A stretch of 64,000 nucleotides of DNA from Octopus vulgaris (GCA_951406725.2 OX597821.1:107260001-107324000); one strand, 5' to 3'; counted from the stretch's first letter, positions 41,364 through 57,148 are shown. Notes: generated by a model from the sequence alone, not told the origin. Translations and numbers: made by a program.

Positions 41364-41670
41364 ACTTGCCCAGGGGTTCTCACGTGTCTAAGGGCTCAGT
41401 TCTGATCTATGAATACTATGGATTACTATCTCCCAAAATATCATAGTACGCAGTGTTTTAATTTGCTTAGGGTCCTCACGAATCTAAGGGCTTGATTCTG
41501 CTCTCTACATAGTTGGCTTGGTATCATTACAATATAGCACAGGGTCCAATGTACTGACTTGCTCAGGAGCCTGACGTGTCTAAGGGCTCGGTTCTTATCT
41601 ATGTATAGTGTGGCTTACTATCATGTAAAACATTAAAGGGTCCAGTGCACTTATTGGCCTAAGGGCCTAT
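41364..41670. repeat. Degenerate ~97-bp tandem repeat x3
   Basis: ttgc(c/t)cagg.g..ctcacg.gtctaagggctc.gttct recurs at ~41366, ~41463 and ~41558. Confidence 0.7.
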
Positions 41671-42549
41671 ATTAGTTCGTCCGTCGCTATCGACGATGGC
41701 GAAGGAGATCGCATGGCAGACGCAAACGGGGCACGCTTTAGACGATTGTGTTCTGATGGTCGGGTTCTGGTAATCTGTTAGGACTGATGGTAAATAGTCG
41801 GCTCTTTTTTGTGCAGTTCACGTTTCTTTTGTGACCCCTCAATCCTATCCTGTTCGCACGAAGTAACATCTCTGATGGTGCAGCTTTGCCAGGCAGGTTC
41901 GTATTGTACTTCTGATTCCGACGTATCGGTGTTGATCGCAAAGCTCTTCAAAGGTCTATACAGCTGCTAAGACGACCATTCAAACTATTTCTGTCTGCAC
42001 TTGGTCATTCTGGGTAAAATTTGCTTCGCTTATGAGGACTAATAACACTGAAATACGCCTGTTACTTTCCCTAATTGGTTAAACATCGGACTAGTGTTGT
42101 CTATATTTCATTAGTCTTTTACCGTTTCTTTCTTCCTGGCTTGTTCCTTCTAGAATTTTTAATACGTATAGCGGAAAATTTTGTTTATTAATTGTTTGTG
42201 TAATTTCAGTTATTCGAAAATGTTATTTTTAATCACGATGTTATATAAATGAGAACTTACCGATAGTAGGTTCCTATACATAAGAAGTATTATGAAAGCT
42301 ACTCAGGGATATTTCCCATCCGCCATATTAAGCGTGATTGAGACATATAGATTTCAAGTGTAGCAATGAATATTGACACGAACAAAATAGTAAATTATAA
42401 AAGAAAAAGCGGTTAGAAAATGCATAAGGGAAATATACAATTCATAAGGAATCGCAGATAATGGAAAAAGCAAGAGAGGAGCTAAGTTTCAGAAAGAGTA
42501 TGGCGAAGTTTTCTTTGAAGAAGGATACAAGGTCTCTGGTGATATGGTA

Positions 42550-42582
<33 letters not shown>

Positions 42583-42617
42583 TGTATGTATGTATGTATG
42601 TATGTATGTATGTATTC

Positions 42618-42652
<35 letters not shown>

Positions 42653-42918
42653 TATATATACGTATATATATGTATGTATATATCTGCATATATGTATATA
42701 TATATATATGCGTATATGTATATATATATATATATATATACATATATACATATGCATATATATATATATGTATATATATGCATATATATATACGTAAGTA
42801 TATATGTATGTATATATGTATATATATATATATACATATGAATATATGTTTGTATATATGTATATGTATATATCTGTGTGTGTCTGTGTGTATATATATA
42901 TGTATGCTTATATATATG

Positions 42919-42990
<72 letters not shown>

Positions 42991-43035
42991 GTATATTCCT
43001 ATATTATACATATACATACATACATATATACATAC

Positions 43036-43073
<38 letters not shown>

Positions 43074-43075
43074 TC
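42550..43075. repeat. Compound (TATG)n/(TA)n microsatellite
   Basis: Direct observation. Confidence 0.95.
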
Positions 43076-43725
43076 GTACGCGGATTAGTGTCTGTAACGC
43101 TGACTGTGGTTCGCACACGTACTAACGCTATATCTAGATGTATCGTATCTCTGTATTTCCTTCATTAATCGATAAAGTGTTTTCGTTATAAAGAAAAGAT
43201 GAAATCCATTAGATATGAAGATGGTGTTAAAAGGCCTTTTATATAGCAATTGACTTAAAGAGCTATGGGGATAAAGTATCACTTTGAAAACAAACCACTA
43301 GAAATCTATAAATATTCTCACTTGATTGGAGATATTCGTCTCGCTACATTATATATTTCAAATCCTAGTTTATTTACGTTTACAGTTTAAAAACGCTTCT
43401 CTGGGCTGTTTTTAACATCCATTGTAAAAGATTTAAAATGTAAACTCCAGCATGGTCTGAGCTCAATGACTAAATGTAGTTAAAGAGCCCCCCGTAACTT
43501 AGCGGCTCAGCAAAAGAGACCGATAGAATAAATACTAGGCTTGCAAAGAATAAGTCCTGGGGGTCGATGTGCTCGACTAAAGGCAGTGCTCCAGCATGGC
43601 CACAGTTAAATGACTGAAACAAGAAAAAGAGTGAAAGAGTAAAGCGTAATGTGCGTATGTGTCTGTGCGATAGATAAATAGATAGATAGATTGAGAGAGG
43701 GAGAGAGAAAGAGAGAGAAACTGTG

Positions 43726-43785
<60 letters not shown>

Positions 43786-43963
43786 CACACATAAATATCT
43801 ATTTTATTCGATTATCATAGACTAAAGAGCTAGGTTCACTTCAGGAGCCCAGGTAACTTGAAGTAGCATGTAACCGAATGAAATTGTTATTAAATAATGT
43901 TTGTAACACTTAGCAAATATTTTGAGTGCTACATTCTTTCGTTTGTCCACACACTCGTAAATA

Positions 43964-44005
<42 letters not shown>

Positions 44006-44051
44006 TATGTGAGTTTGTGTCTGAGTGTATATGTGTGTGTGTGTGCGCGTG

Positions 44052-44101
<50 letters not shown>

Positions 44102-44329
44102 CACGTATAATGTTTGCCGGCAACGAAAAGTTTGTAGGAGTGGCTGTGTGGTAAGTAGCTTGCTGACGAACCACATAGTTCTGGGTTCAGTCCCACTGCG
44201 TGGCATCTTGGCGAAGTGTCTTTTACTATAGCCTCGGATTACAGTTCACTTCACATTCTTTTAGCTTTCACATAACACCACCCACTGAATAAATATACAT
44301 ATTCATAGACATACAGACAGTAAAACAAA

Positions 44330-44585
44330 AGATAGATAGATAGATATGTTTCTTTATTAGCCACACAGGGCTGCACACAGACAGAACAAATTACAAGGTA
44401 GAGCTTTTCTTTTGGGGGTAAAAAAAAAGGGGGGTGGTTTTCGATCAAAAGGGATCGTAAAAGGAAAGAAAGAGGACAAAAAAAGGGGAGGATTTTTAAA
44501 AAAGGTGGGGAGGGAAAAAAAGAAAAAGGGAGAGGAAAAAAAGTTGATCAATAGGGATCGTAATCACAGAAATGTCAATATGAAG

Positions 44586-44663
<78 letters not shown>

Positions 44664-44901
44664 TGTTTCTTTATTAGCCACACAGGGCTGCACACAGACA
44701 GAACAAATTACAAGATAGAGCTTTTCTTTTGGGGCTAAAAAAAGAGGGTTGGTTTTCGATCAAAAGGGATCGTAAAAGGAAAGAAAGAGGACAAAGAAAA
44801 GGGGAGGATTTTTAAAAAAGGGGGGGAGGGAAAAAAAGAAAAAGGGAGAGGAAAAAAAGTTGATCAATAGGGATCGTAATCACAGAAATGTCAATATGAA
44901 G

Positions 44902-44990
<89 letters not shown>
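44330..44990 (-). mobile_element. Two tandem ~245-bp retroposon 3' ends, each with AATAAA and a (TATC)n tail
   Basis: gatatgtttctttattagccacacagggctgcac...gtcaatatgaag at ~44343 and ~44660, separated and flanked by (GATA)n. Confidence 0.65.
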
Positions 44991-45331
44991 GGATGTGTGT
45001 GCTTGTGTGTGTGTGTGTGCGTATGCGTCTTTGCATACACGACAGGGTTCCATGCTGCTTTTGTCTATCAAATCCTCTCACAAATGTATTGGTAGCTCTG
45101 GCGTTGTTTATAGAAGAAGACAATGCGTAGTAATCTTTTGCTTAATCAAACAAATATGCCTGTGCGTTCATTTATCATTATTTTCTCCCGACTTATTCTG
45201 CCGAGATCGACTTTGCCTTTCATCTTTTCGGGGTCGGTAAATTAAGTACCAGTGAAACACCGGGGGTCGATGTGATCGATTAGTCCCCTCCCCCAAAATG
45301 TCAGGCCTTGTGCTTTTAGTAGAAAGGATTA

Positions 45332-45852
45332 CCGTAAATTCTCGAGTGTAGTCCGCCCTTGAGTATAATACACAGGAGATTTATAGGAGGTTGTACTTCT
45401 GAAAAACCTAAACCTTGTGTATAATACGCACCCTTCTCTAACTTGAATCGTTCGTAATCAAGCCAGCAGCACCTGGTCGACCAAACACTCCCGCGCATGC
45501 GTAATACAATATTGATGATGTTCTTAACTGTTATATGGGAATGTAAATATGTTTGCAAATTGTTTTTGTTACATGTTATTCTGTTTTCTGAATACTTTTA
45601 TTTTAATATATGTTGCATGCTACAAGTTATGGATGATTCTTTTATGACTTCATTGCTTTCAGGCTTAGCTTAAGGTATTTTCGCGCCCGACATCACAAAA
45701 TGCGTCTGAATAAACATTGCCGGACAGCAAATAGAAACTAGGACATTGCTTAGAAAATATTTTTCATTTTTAACCTCGTATATAGTACGCACTAGGGATT
45801 TTGACCTTTAAACTTTGGGAAAACAATGCGGATTATACTCGAAGATTTACGG
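45332..45852. mobile_element. pogo/Tc2-like MITE
   Basis: TIRs ccgtaaattctcgagtgtagtccgc / gcggattatactcgaagatttacgg flanked by TA. Confidence 0.8.
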
Positions 45853-46109
45853 TATTTTCTTCGTCATTAAGACGGCGAGGTGGCAGAATCATCAGCGGTA
45901 TTTCGTTTCTCGTTACGTTCTGAGTTCAAATTCCACCGAGGTCGACCTTGCCGTTCATCAATTCAGGGTCGATAAACTACGTACCAATGATGTAATCAGC
46001 CTGTCCCCCTCCCACAAAATTACTGGCCTTCTCTCAAACTTGTATTTTCTCTTTCCGGATCAGCCAGTCTGCCTTTACCTTTATTCTTTACTTCCTTTTT
46101 TTCTCTGCC

Positions 46110-46530
46110 TGCGCTTCTTTCTTCCTTCCTTTCTTTCCTTCTTTCCCTCTTTCCCTCTTTCTTTCTTTCCTTTTTTTCTTTCTTTCCTTCTTTCTTTCTT
46201 TCGTTCTTTCATTCCTTCTTTCTTTCTTTCCTTCTTTCTTTCTTTCCTTCTTTCTTTCTTTCTTTCTTTTTCTTTCCTTCTTTATTTTCTTCTTTCTTTC
46301 TTTCCATCTTTCTTTCTTTCCTTCTTTTTTTCTTTCTTTCCTTCGTTCCTTTCTTTCTTTCTTTCATTCTTTGTTGCCTTCTTTCCTTCTTTCCTTCTTT
46401 CTTTCTTTCTTTCTTTCTTCCCCCCTTTCCTTCCTTCTTTCTTCCTTTCTTTCCTTCTCTCTTCCTTTCTTTCTTTCATTCTTGCCTTCGTTCTTTTCTT
46501 CTTCCTTTCTTCCTTCCTTCCTTCCTTCAT
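46110..46530. repeat. (CTTT)n polypyrimidine tract
   Basis: Direct observation. Confidence 0.95.
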
Positions 46531-46681
46531 TTCAATCTTCTACTCCTTACATTTTTTCATTTTCAACTGAAATAAATAAACATAATTAAAACCGTAAACT
46601 CTCCTATGCTGTACTAAATCTATCCTACTAAACATCAACTGCCATTACATCCAACTATTTCGTTTCTGTAGTTTTTATTAT

Positions 46682-46742
<61 letters not shown>

Positions 46743-47169
46743 TCCACATATTTCGAAGATGGTAGATAATGAGGATCAACCCATTAAATATTATACATCA
46801 CTTTTTAGACATCAAATTAAATATATCTTTTACGGTTATTAAGTACACGCATGCGCAGCTATATTGCGTCAATGGAAGGTTAACCTCCTACAAATACGTT
46901 ACTGTCAACGAAGTAAACTGATGGTTTTATTAAGTCGTTCAGATTTCTTGGCATTGATATAGGTTGTAAAAGTAAAATTTATATATATATAGACGTAGGC
47001 TCAAGCTCGGTTCTGTGGTTAAGGTGGGGGGGCATTGTTTGTGATCTCAGGGTGCCGAGTTCGATTTCGCGTCGCCTTACGCAAGTGTGTTTTTTATGTT
47101 TATTATTTTTTTTACGCTATAGCCCCGGGTCGATCAATGCCGTGTGATTCAATTTGGTAGACGGAAACC

Positions 47170-47330
47170 GGCGTAGCTATGTGGTAAGCAGCTTACTTCC
47201 CAATCACGTAGTTTCGGATTGAGACCCACTGCATGGCACCTTGGGCAAGTGTCATCTACTATAGCCTCGGGCTGACCAAAGCCTTCTGAGTGGATTTAGT
47301 AGACGGAAACAAACTGAAAGAAGCCCGTTA
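47170..47330 (+). mobile_element. SINE family A head (partial; other partials ~44135-44240, 50745-50825(-), tails ~43490-43645, 49150-49380)
   Basis: Matches to family A. Confidence 0.75.
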
Positions 47331-47340
47331 AACCTATATA

Positions 47341-47391
<51 letters not shown>

Positions 47392-47410
47392 GTATATATA
47401 TATATATGTA

Positions 47411-47509
<99 letters not shown>

Positions 47510-48411
47510 CAATATAATATATGCGAAAACTAATTTCTGCGTGTCAGTGAGCCACACTTTGACCCCACTTCTCACTATTCAGTGACACTTCCTCGGGCTG
47601 GGGTGAGAGTGATAGTAGGCATAGACACGGTGAGGGTGGTGGCGAAGAGAGAGAGAAAAAAAATTAAGGGAGAGTTCATGATGTTTTATTAAAAGTGGTA
47701 GTGTTGATGGTGGCAATGAGAGTAATAATAAAAGAGAGAGAGAGAGAGAGTGGGGGGGGGTATGTGAGAGAAAGAGGGAGATGGTGTACAACTTTCCTGG
47801 ACAGAAATTCCAGTGGCCAGCATACTGAGCCAACTAGTGAACCCTATCATTTTTGTTTTATTTTTTGCTTTCTTTAATACATATAAGTGTATGTGTGTGT
47901 GTGTTTGTTTGTTTGTCTCTGTGTGTGCGCATGTGTGTGTTCACACACTCACACACACACATATATATACATAATACACTTTAACTGAACTACAGTTTCC
48001 CCAGAATTAAACATATCTAATATAATAAATGTGAATGTTAGCGTGTCGAACTTTTCAATTTTACTCCTAAATGCTGTAGCTCAACATATCATACCATTTC
48101 GGAATCAGGCTGACTCCATGAGTAAATTAAAAACATTCCGGGCCGAATCCGGACCTGCAATTCAGAAATTTTGGATTCCTATGTTTTCATTACTGCGATT
48201 GTTTTCGGCGATTTCTTTTACATGGTTCTTAGCGACGAATATGATCATCATTGAGGTATGACTCTGGAGGAAGTAATTGCAACAAATTCTCCAAAACAAG
48301 TCAGAGATCTGTTTGCAGATCTTTCCATTCGGGGGTCAGTTGCTTAAAAGCTACATATTAACCAAAAGTCCACCTTATTAGGCGGCTTTTAAGCTAGTAT
48401 ATATGTTTGTC

Positions 48412-48461
<50 letters not shown>

Positions 48462-48466
<5 letters not shown>

Positions 48467-49091
48467 GACTAAAGCCATCTGAATATGGCTAGGGACAGGG
48501 CAGGGTGGTGGGGGTGTTACTGTTGCATTTAGCCCCAGGCGAACATCAACGTCGCCAGATAGGCTTGACACCATCACGGCGTCCTTTATCCTGCAAAGGG
48601 AGATAATTCCCCGATGAAGCGGAAACCACACACGGACCTAGGTTTCAAGGTGTATTGCCTATCATCAACGTGTGGTAGGCCCCCGCTTCCTCGACGAACA
48701 ACTCACTCCGCAGGATATTTATATATAGATTTTCAAGCAAAATACATTTGCTGATTTCGAAAATCTTTTCGATAGCAATAATAATTCTCTAAATGAGATA
48801 TAGACAGTAACTGCTCCATAACATAAGGGACTAAAGCCATCTGAATATGGCTAGGGACAGGGCAGGGTGGTGGGGGTGTTACTGTTGCATTTAGCCCCAG
48901 GCGAACATCAACGTCGCCAGATAGGCTTGACACCATCACGGCGTCCTTTATGTTCTGGCGACGTTGATGTTCGCCTGGGGCTAAATGCAACAGTAACACC
49001 CCCACCACCCTGCCCTGTCCCTAGCCATATTCAGATGGCTTTAGTCCCTTATGTTATGGAGCAGTTACTGTCTATATCTCATTTAGAGAAT

Positions 49092-49097
<6 letters not shown>
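48462..49097. repeat. Direct + inverted repeat block between (TA)n tracts (pLTR-like)
   Basis: ~48462-48589 is repeated at ~48824-48951. ~48956-49097 is the reverse complement of ~48779-48918. Confidence 0.8.
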
Positions 49098-49147
<50 letters not shown>

Positions 49148-49552
49148 GTTTATGTGTATATGTCTTTGTGTCTGTGTTTGTCAGCCCCACCCACCGCTTG
49201 ACAACCTGTGCTGGTGTGTTTACGTTTTAGTAACTTAGCGGGTCGGCAAAAGAGACCGATAGAATAAGCACCATGCTTATTTTTAAAAGATAAGTACTGA
49301 GGTCGATCCATTCGACTAAAAGTGCTTCAAGGTGGTGCTGCAGCATGGCCGCAGTCTAATGACTGTAACAAGTAAAAATAAATGTAACTTTGTTGTTGTT
49401 GTTGAACTTCATCCATTTCTGTTCAAATTGAACTATAACAAGGTAAAGATAATCCCCCATCGTTGGAGTTCAAATACAACCGAAGTCAACTTTATCTTTC
49501 ATCCCTCCAGGGACTGGTAACGATAAAATAAAATACCAGTCAAGCATTGTGT

Positions 49553-49925
49553 AGGCGTAGGAGTGGTTCCGGGTTCAGTCCCACTGCGTGGTACCTTAGG
49601 CAAGTGTCTTCTACTATAGACTTGGGCCAACCAAAGCCATGTGAGTGGATTTGGTAGACGGAAACTGAAAGAAGCTCGTTGTATATATGTATATGTGTGT
49701 ATATGCTTGTGTATCTGTGTTTGTCCCCCACCAACCTCGCTTGACAACCGATGCTGGTGTGTTTACGTTCCCGTAACTTAGCGGTTCGGCAGAAGAGACC
49801 GATAGAATAAGTGCTAGGCTTACAAAGAATAAGTCCTGGGGTCGATTTGCTAGACTAAAGGCGGTGCTCCAGCATGGCCACAGTGAAATGACAGAAACAA
49901 GTAAAAGAGTAAAAGAGTAAAGAGA
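49553..49925 (+). mobile_element. SINE family A
   Basis: Match with a short head deletion. Confidence 0.85.
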
Positions 49926-52255
49926 GTCTCAACTGACGACAGGAAATATATGGTTTTTCGATTTTGTGTTCAGATTCGAAACTCTGTCACATGTCCTCCG
50001 ATAGGACCCTATGAAAACCTACATGAAACCAACCAATTGGACAAGTATGTGAAGGTCCGTACTGATATTATTCAATTTCCTGTAGTCTGGTGATATCTTT
50101 ATGATTTTATATAAATCATGATATGCCGTGTCAGATGCCTTTTTAAAACCAGACAAAAACAGATATGTCATTTTGGCGTCACACAAATATAGTCTGCAAC
50201 GCAGCTCCAAAAAAAAAAAAACCCCACAAACTTCCACTCACGCACGCATATATGTATGTATAATACTAATAGCTCTGGTGCATAAATACTAAATACGGAT
50301 GAGTAATTATGGCAAAATAACATATTAAGAGGCTAGATTAATCATCTAATTAGTTGAAGTTAGTTAGGTTGTAATCGAACGTTACCACTCGATTGTCGTT
50401 TTATTTTTTCCGGATGCCGGAAAAAGCATGTGGCTTTTAGTTTAATAAGCGATAAGATTTATGGCAGTTATTTTCTGTACATGAAAGTAATGCAGCCGAG
50501 TAAATTCGGCGATGATACGTATGTTCTAATCCGGAATGGTTATTAGCTCGAATAAAATAATTTGGTTTATTTTCTCCCAACTGGAATTTTCGTTTTCTTT
50601 TTAATTTGCTTCCGTTTATTTTGGTTTTCAACATTTTTCATCTTATATGTTGGAGAAAAAATCTAACAACAAAATCCATAGCAGTATGCTTGAGATGCCG
50701 ACTTAGTGACTTATTCAAATTAAGTCGACATTAGATATGTATGCCCAAGGTGCCACGCAGTGGGACTGAACCCGAAACCATGTGGTTGGGATACAAGCTT
50801 CTTACCACACAGTCACACCTGCGCTTGTATAAAACTTGGGTAATGGGCGTGTAGTGTGAATATATATTGTTCAGAAAATGTCAAGCTATAGGAACTATAT
50901 CACAATTCAAATGTAATAAATGTTTGTTAAATTTTTGGACCAATGCACATGTCTACCGCTTTGGTAGTCCGAGTAAGTGAAGTCATGTGTACAGAATGCG
51001 TTTGTAATGCTGTGTGTGTGTTGTCTGTAGTGGTGTTGGAAATTGTTTTTTTCAATGTGAACTTTTTTTAGTCTATCAATAGAAATAGTGTATTTACGAC
51101 CTTTAATGTCTAAAGTGAAAACTTTATCTGTACAAGAAAGTACACGAAAGGGTCTTGAATACGGTGCTGTTAAAGGATGTTAAAGGCATCGTTACGAACA
51201 AAAACATTACTCCAGATCAGAAGGCTGCGTGTTCGGATCACGTCGGGGTCACCAATTTATGTAGTGTGAATATATACGCTCAGAAATGCTGCATGTATAT
51301 TATTAGAAGAATTCATACAGAGAAGAAGAATAAATTTAGTAACTATTTATTTATTACATAAAATATATTTCATTCACTGATTGTCGATGAAATATAGTCA
51401 AAATGTAGGATCTAATTGAATGAAATAATCTATGCAAGAAAGTTCAGAAATGTAGAAATAACAGCTAAGTAGTGGTTTTTAGTAAAGTGGCATAGAGAAA
51501 TAGATAGACATGGCCACGACGTGAATGGCTCTGAGTCTAATCGACAAAGAAGCAAAGAGCAGGGCAAGCATGCCGTTTTATTAATGGACTTCAAAGAGAA
51601 ACGCGAAGCTTCTGGAATAATTCAGAATTACTTCTCATGAAATATAATCTTCCAAGAAACTTATTGAAGGGAGATTACTCTATAACACTTCTTGCAAGAT
51701 TATATCATTCAACTATTTAGCTACAGACGACAAACTACTACAGGTTTATATGCCATATTTCGGGAGTTTTTCCTCCTTCATCAGCACGCACGCACACATA
51801 CATAAGCACAAATGTATATACCCGTATATAGTTCAAAATTGCTCAAAAATATAAAATGACAGAAGCAGGTGAGAGAACAACAAAAATGATGTATTACTTT
51901 GATATTCACGAAAAATGGAAGAATATTTGATGTTTCGAACGTAAGCTCTTCTACAGAAAGGAACGAGGAGAGAAAAACAGGTGGAGAGAGAGAAAAAATA
52001 AAGGGAAAAATAAAAGATATATAAATATATTCAGCAATGTAACTATGTGTGGGTCGTTGGCGACTTCTTCTTCTCTTTGTTTGAACTTTTCCCTTTCCCT
52101 TTTCCGATGAAAAATTATGCTCGAAATGTTAAACTCTCCCCTTTCGCCGAGCGTCAAGGTACTACACTTCTTATGTTCTTTCTCACGTTTGTTATCTTTC
52201 TGTTTTTTTCGTTTTTGTTCGTTTATTTGACTATATATATATATATATACATACG

Positions 52256-52366
<111 letters not shown>

Positions 52367-53009
52367 GTAGATAGATAGATGGATGGATAGATAGGTACCT
52401 TTGGCAAATATTTTCTGTTGGTTCGAATTTATCTCTATCATTTAGGTGAAATTGCATAGATGGAAACTGTACAGAATCCCCTTATTAGATTGCACCTGGA
52501 ATTCGAATGCTAAACTCTGTTGCGCTAATTCTGCCATAGATTTACGTTAAAGAAAAGCCTGTCCGTGGAATATTCGGCCAGTTACAGGTAGATTAAGCAC
52601 CAGGCTATTCGCCTTATAAAAGAACTGAATCTTCGTTGCGGAACGACGGAGATCCAACACTAACCCCATCACAGACAACAGTGTTTCATTATTTTATTCC
52701 AATTTAAATTTGCATTTCTCTCAGAAATCCCGAATCAACAAAAGATAAAGGATCAATATTAAGGGATCACATCCATCGATTATATCAAAAGAAAAGAATT
52801 ACATTCATCGATTATTTGAAAAATATTTGACTTTGTGTAAAGAAGTCAGCAGAAAATATTATTTAACGAATAATGATGCTTTTCGAATGATGTATATCAA
52901 TATAATTCCAAATAAATTTTAAAGGAAACATTGAAGTTGTCAATGATATTTAAGCGCTATAAACTATATTTCGCACCTGTACTCACAAGGAAATATGCCA
53001 CGCTTTTTG

Positions 53010-53870
53010 ATTAGCAGAAACGTTAGCACGCCGGGCGAAATGCGTAGCCGTATTTCGTCTGCCGTTACGTTCTGAGTTCAAATTCCGCCGAAGTCGACTT
53101 TGCCTTTCATCCTTTCGGGGTCGATTAAATAAGTACCAGTTACGCAATGGGGTCGATATAATCAACTTAATCCGTTTGTCTGTCCTTTTTTGTCCCCTCT
53201 GTGTTTAGATCCTTGTGGGTAGTAAAGAAATATGATTTAGGTATGCTGTTAATACATTCGGCATTTCGTCCTAATACTTTTTTTTTCAGCTCAAATTTCC
53301 ACCGGGTTCAACAGTATCTTTCATCCCTCCGTGGTCCATAAAATAAAGTACCTGTTAAGAACTGGGGTCTATGTTATTAATCAATCACCTTTCTCCCTTC
53401 ACGGTTGCTGGCCTTACGACAAAACAGAACCAAATATTTCTTGGCCATTTAAAGCAGTGAACTGGCAGAATCGTTAGCACGCCGGGCAAAATGTTTAGCA
53501 ATGTGTCGTTCTGAGTTCAAATTCCACCGAAGTCGATTTTGCCTTTCATTCTTTTAGGGGCCGATAAAATCAGAACCAGTTGTGCACTGGGGTCAATGAG
53601 TTTAACTAGATCCCTTCTCTGAAATTGCTGGCCTTGTGCCAAAAATTTAAAACCAATTTAAGGCAGATTCACTACCACGCCGGGAAAATTACTTTTCGGC
53701 ATTTCGTCCTTATTTGTTCAGCGTTCAAATTCCACAGAGGCCTGTTTTGCCTTTCATCCTTTCGGGGTTGATAAAATAAAGTACCAGTTAAGTACTTGGA
53801 GAGGTCGATGATATCCATTACCCTTCCTCCACTCACAATTGCTGATCCCTTGTGAAAATTGAAACTAATA
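53010..53870 (+). mobile_element. Cluster of four same-orientation family-B SINE copies
   Basis: The ttcaaattcc...gcctttcatcc...gataaaat..gtaccag core recurs at ~53075, ~53290, ~53515 and ~53725. Confidence 0.75.
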
Positions 53871-55428
53871 TGTTTTTGCCATTTATAGTTTAGAATTATT
53901 GTATCCGCTGTCTAAAGTTATTCAGCATCTTTTTTCTAAAAGTGCTAGAGTATATGTCCTCATGCAATCGTTCAACTTGCTAGAAATGGCAAGGATATCG
54001 TCCTCAAATAACATACAGTTGTTATAATGATACATTGAACAATGTAATCTCTGATACGCTATAACACAGAGGAGTAACAGCTGGAACTCCATTGATCATA
54101 AATTTGATGAGTCAGTGTTGTTATGGTCATAAATTGCCCTAACAACAATAATGGTTACCGCAGCGGTTTATTGTTTTCGATGTTGCTTAGAGTCGTTTTT
54201 GGCTTTAATTGAGCGTCGATTTTGGAGAAAGGCATTTCACTTGCTTTCTGCTGAATGATAAAGCGATGGCAATAGAGTCCCTTCCATGACAACTAACTGA
54301 AAGAGCTAAACAGGTTTGTGATAGCCAAAAAAAAGTGACTGAGATGCGCAGAACTGCAAGCGGCGACTAAATAGTTCTAAATTTCAAAAGAGCATTAAAT
54401 CCTTACAATCAGAAATCATCAAAGGTGTCTTATGAAATAGAAGGCGGTAACTACAGAAGAGCAGGGACTGATTAAGAAAAGCTTAATTGCATTAACTCTG
54501 GCTGTCTAGTTTTAGCCCCCAAATTTACACCCACGAACATGGCAATGGCTAGGCCTTACATAAATTGGAAGTTATACGTGAATTATGAAATAACTGAAAA
54601 GTGTTCGTAGAGGCATTCATCAGTGAATGCTTCAGAAAATCACAAAACTGCCATAACATGAGATATGCTCATAGATACGGATAGTGATATAAAGACTAGT
54701 ATGCTAGATATGGCCGTGAAGCACCTCAAGTTCAAGCAGTGTTTACTAATTGCTGTATCTGGTAATACAACTTTATTAATATAATTTTGAAAGTAATGGA
54801 AAATTATAGTAATATCACTTTGAAAAAAATAGAAAAATTATGCAAATATATACATCAGAAAATGGAGATAATCAAAATACAAGGGATGGAAACAAAAGTC
54901 ATACTATAAAATAGAACTCTTTGACTTAATAGTCAGCTACTCAAATACGTGGATATCCTGTTATATTTCTATAGGTTGGTTTCAAAGACATTCCCGTTTG
55001 TACGATCTGGAATAAAGATGCCGTTTATTCATTTTTTAAATTTGTACGTTCTGAATATTCATTTAAAAACTAACAGACAACCATATTTTTATTTGTAACT
55101 TCATGCAATCCCAGCGTGCACGTAACATGCCATTCATATTTCCTGCAAAGACAAATGAGTGCTTGTTAGCAAATATGTTTCTACACACACCAAAGTATCT
55201 AGCCACCCAGGTTCAGCCAAAGAATACAACGCGTTAGACTAAAAATACAGCTTTCATTGCGATGTGTGTCGAGTCGCAACAATGTGCTATCCGGGTTCCA
55301 AAAGAATATCGTTACTTCGAAATGTAGTACTTTTAGAAGCAGCACTATTCTTCCAAGGAATAGGGCCGATAGACGGAGAGGATCACTGAGCAATGATCCA
55401 GAATATGTATGAGTAAAAACTTATTAAT

Positions 55429-55633
55429 AGGCGTAGGAGCGGCTGTGTGGTAACCAGCTTGCTTACCAACCACATGGTTCTGGGTTCAGTCCCACTGCGT
55501 GGTACCTTGGGCAAGTGTCTTCTACCATAGCCTCGGGCCGACCAAAGCCTTGTGAGTGGATTTGGTAGACGGAAACTGAAAGAAGCCCGTCGTGTATATG
55601 TATATTTATATATATGTGTGTGTGTGTGTTTTC

Positions 55634-55677
<44 letters not shown>

Positions 55678-55885
55678 GTGTGTGTGTGCGTATGTTTGTG
55701 GGTCTGTGTTTGTCCCCCAGCATCCCCCAATGCTGGTGTGTTTACGTCTCCGTAACTTAGCAGTTCTGCAAAAGTACTAGGCTTACAAAGAATAAGTCCT
55801 GGGGTCGATTTGCTCGACTAGAGGTGGTGCTCTAGCATGGCCACATTCAAATGACTGAAAGAAGTAAAAGAGTTAAAGAGTAAAA
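55429..55885 (+). mobile_element. SINE family A
   Basis: Near full-length match. Confidence 0.9.
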
Positions 55886-56543
55886 TACTCGCACGCAACG
55901 CAATTATTTAATTAGATTTCCAATTCTAATCAGATTAATGATGGAATTAACCAATTTAAAAACTCAGATAGAGGTTGTTTTTCAAAAATCTATTTAACTT
56001 TATATAACTTGGTTAACTTATTCTCGTCTTACTTAAAAAAAGGTTCTAGAAATTTTCAAAAAATTTTCCAAAACTAGACAGAAAGAAATATATTCTGTAA
56101 AGAAAGAGATAGTATTTGTCGCAAGAGACTAAATATAATTTATAATTTGCATTTTTTCTAGGACATTTTTTCTTTTAATTTCAAGAAATAATGTAAGTAT
56201 GCAAATGTGCGACAAATAGATTTCCAAAATGTATTGTACATACATGTATGTATACTATATTTATATACATACATATACGTATATGTATACACTTCTATAT
56301 ATATGTATATGTATATATATATAAATACACACATATGCACACGTATATATGCCTATATATTTATATATATATATATATGTATATATGTCTACATATATAT
56401 ATATAAATATACATACATACGCATATACATACATATATCTATCTATATATATATGTATGTGTGTGTGTGTGTGTGTGTATAAGTATGTATGTATATATAT
56501 GTATATATATGTAAAAACTTACTGCTGACAAAGATTGTGTGTC

Positions 56544-56615
<72 letters not shown>

Positions 56616-56705
56616 GTGTGTGTGTATACATATATTTATATACATATATATGTGTATGTCTAAAGATAAACACATGCATACACAAACGCGTACGCACAGA
56701 CACTC

Positions 56706-56758
<53 letters not shown>

Positions 56759-57057
56759 TGTATGTATATGTATGTATGTACGTATGCATCTTCATTTTTG
56801 GAATTGAATATCAAAGTACAGATAAAACTCTAAATAATTGCATAGGATTGAAGAATCCTGATGGATAAGAAAATAGTCGAATGCTGCTTTCACATTTCTC
56901 TGCTGCAAAAGGCTTTTCAACCCAGCACGTACGTGCAATTATTTTCAGATTCACATTATGTACGCCGAGATTCTATTTCCAAAAGCTATCTCTTCCTCCA
57001 CCGCTCCGTAGTTCATGAACTCTTATGACACCAAATCACCACTAGATCAAAATATTC

Positions 57058-57108
<51 letters not shown>

Positions 57109-57114
57109 AGTATG

Positions 57115-57148
<34 letters not shown>

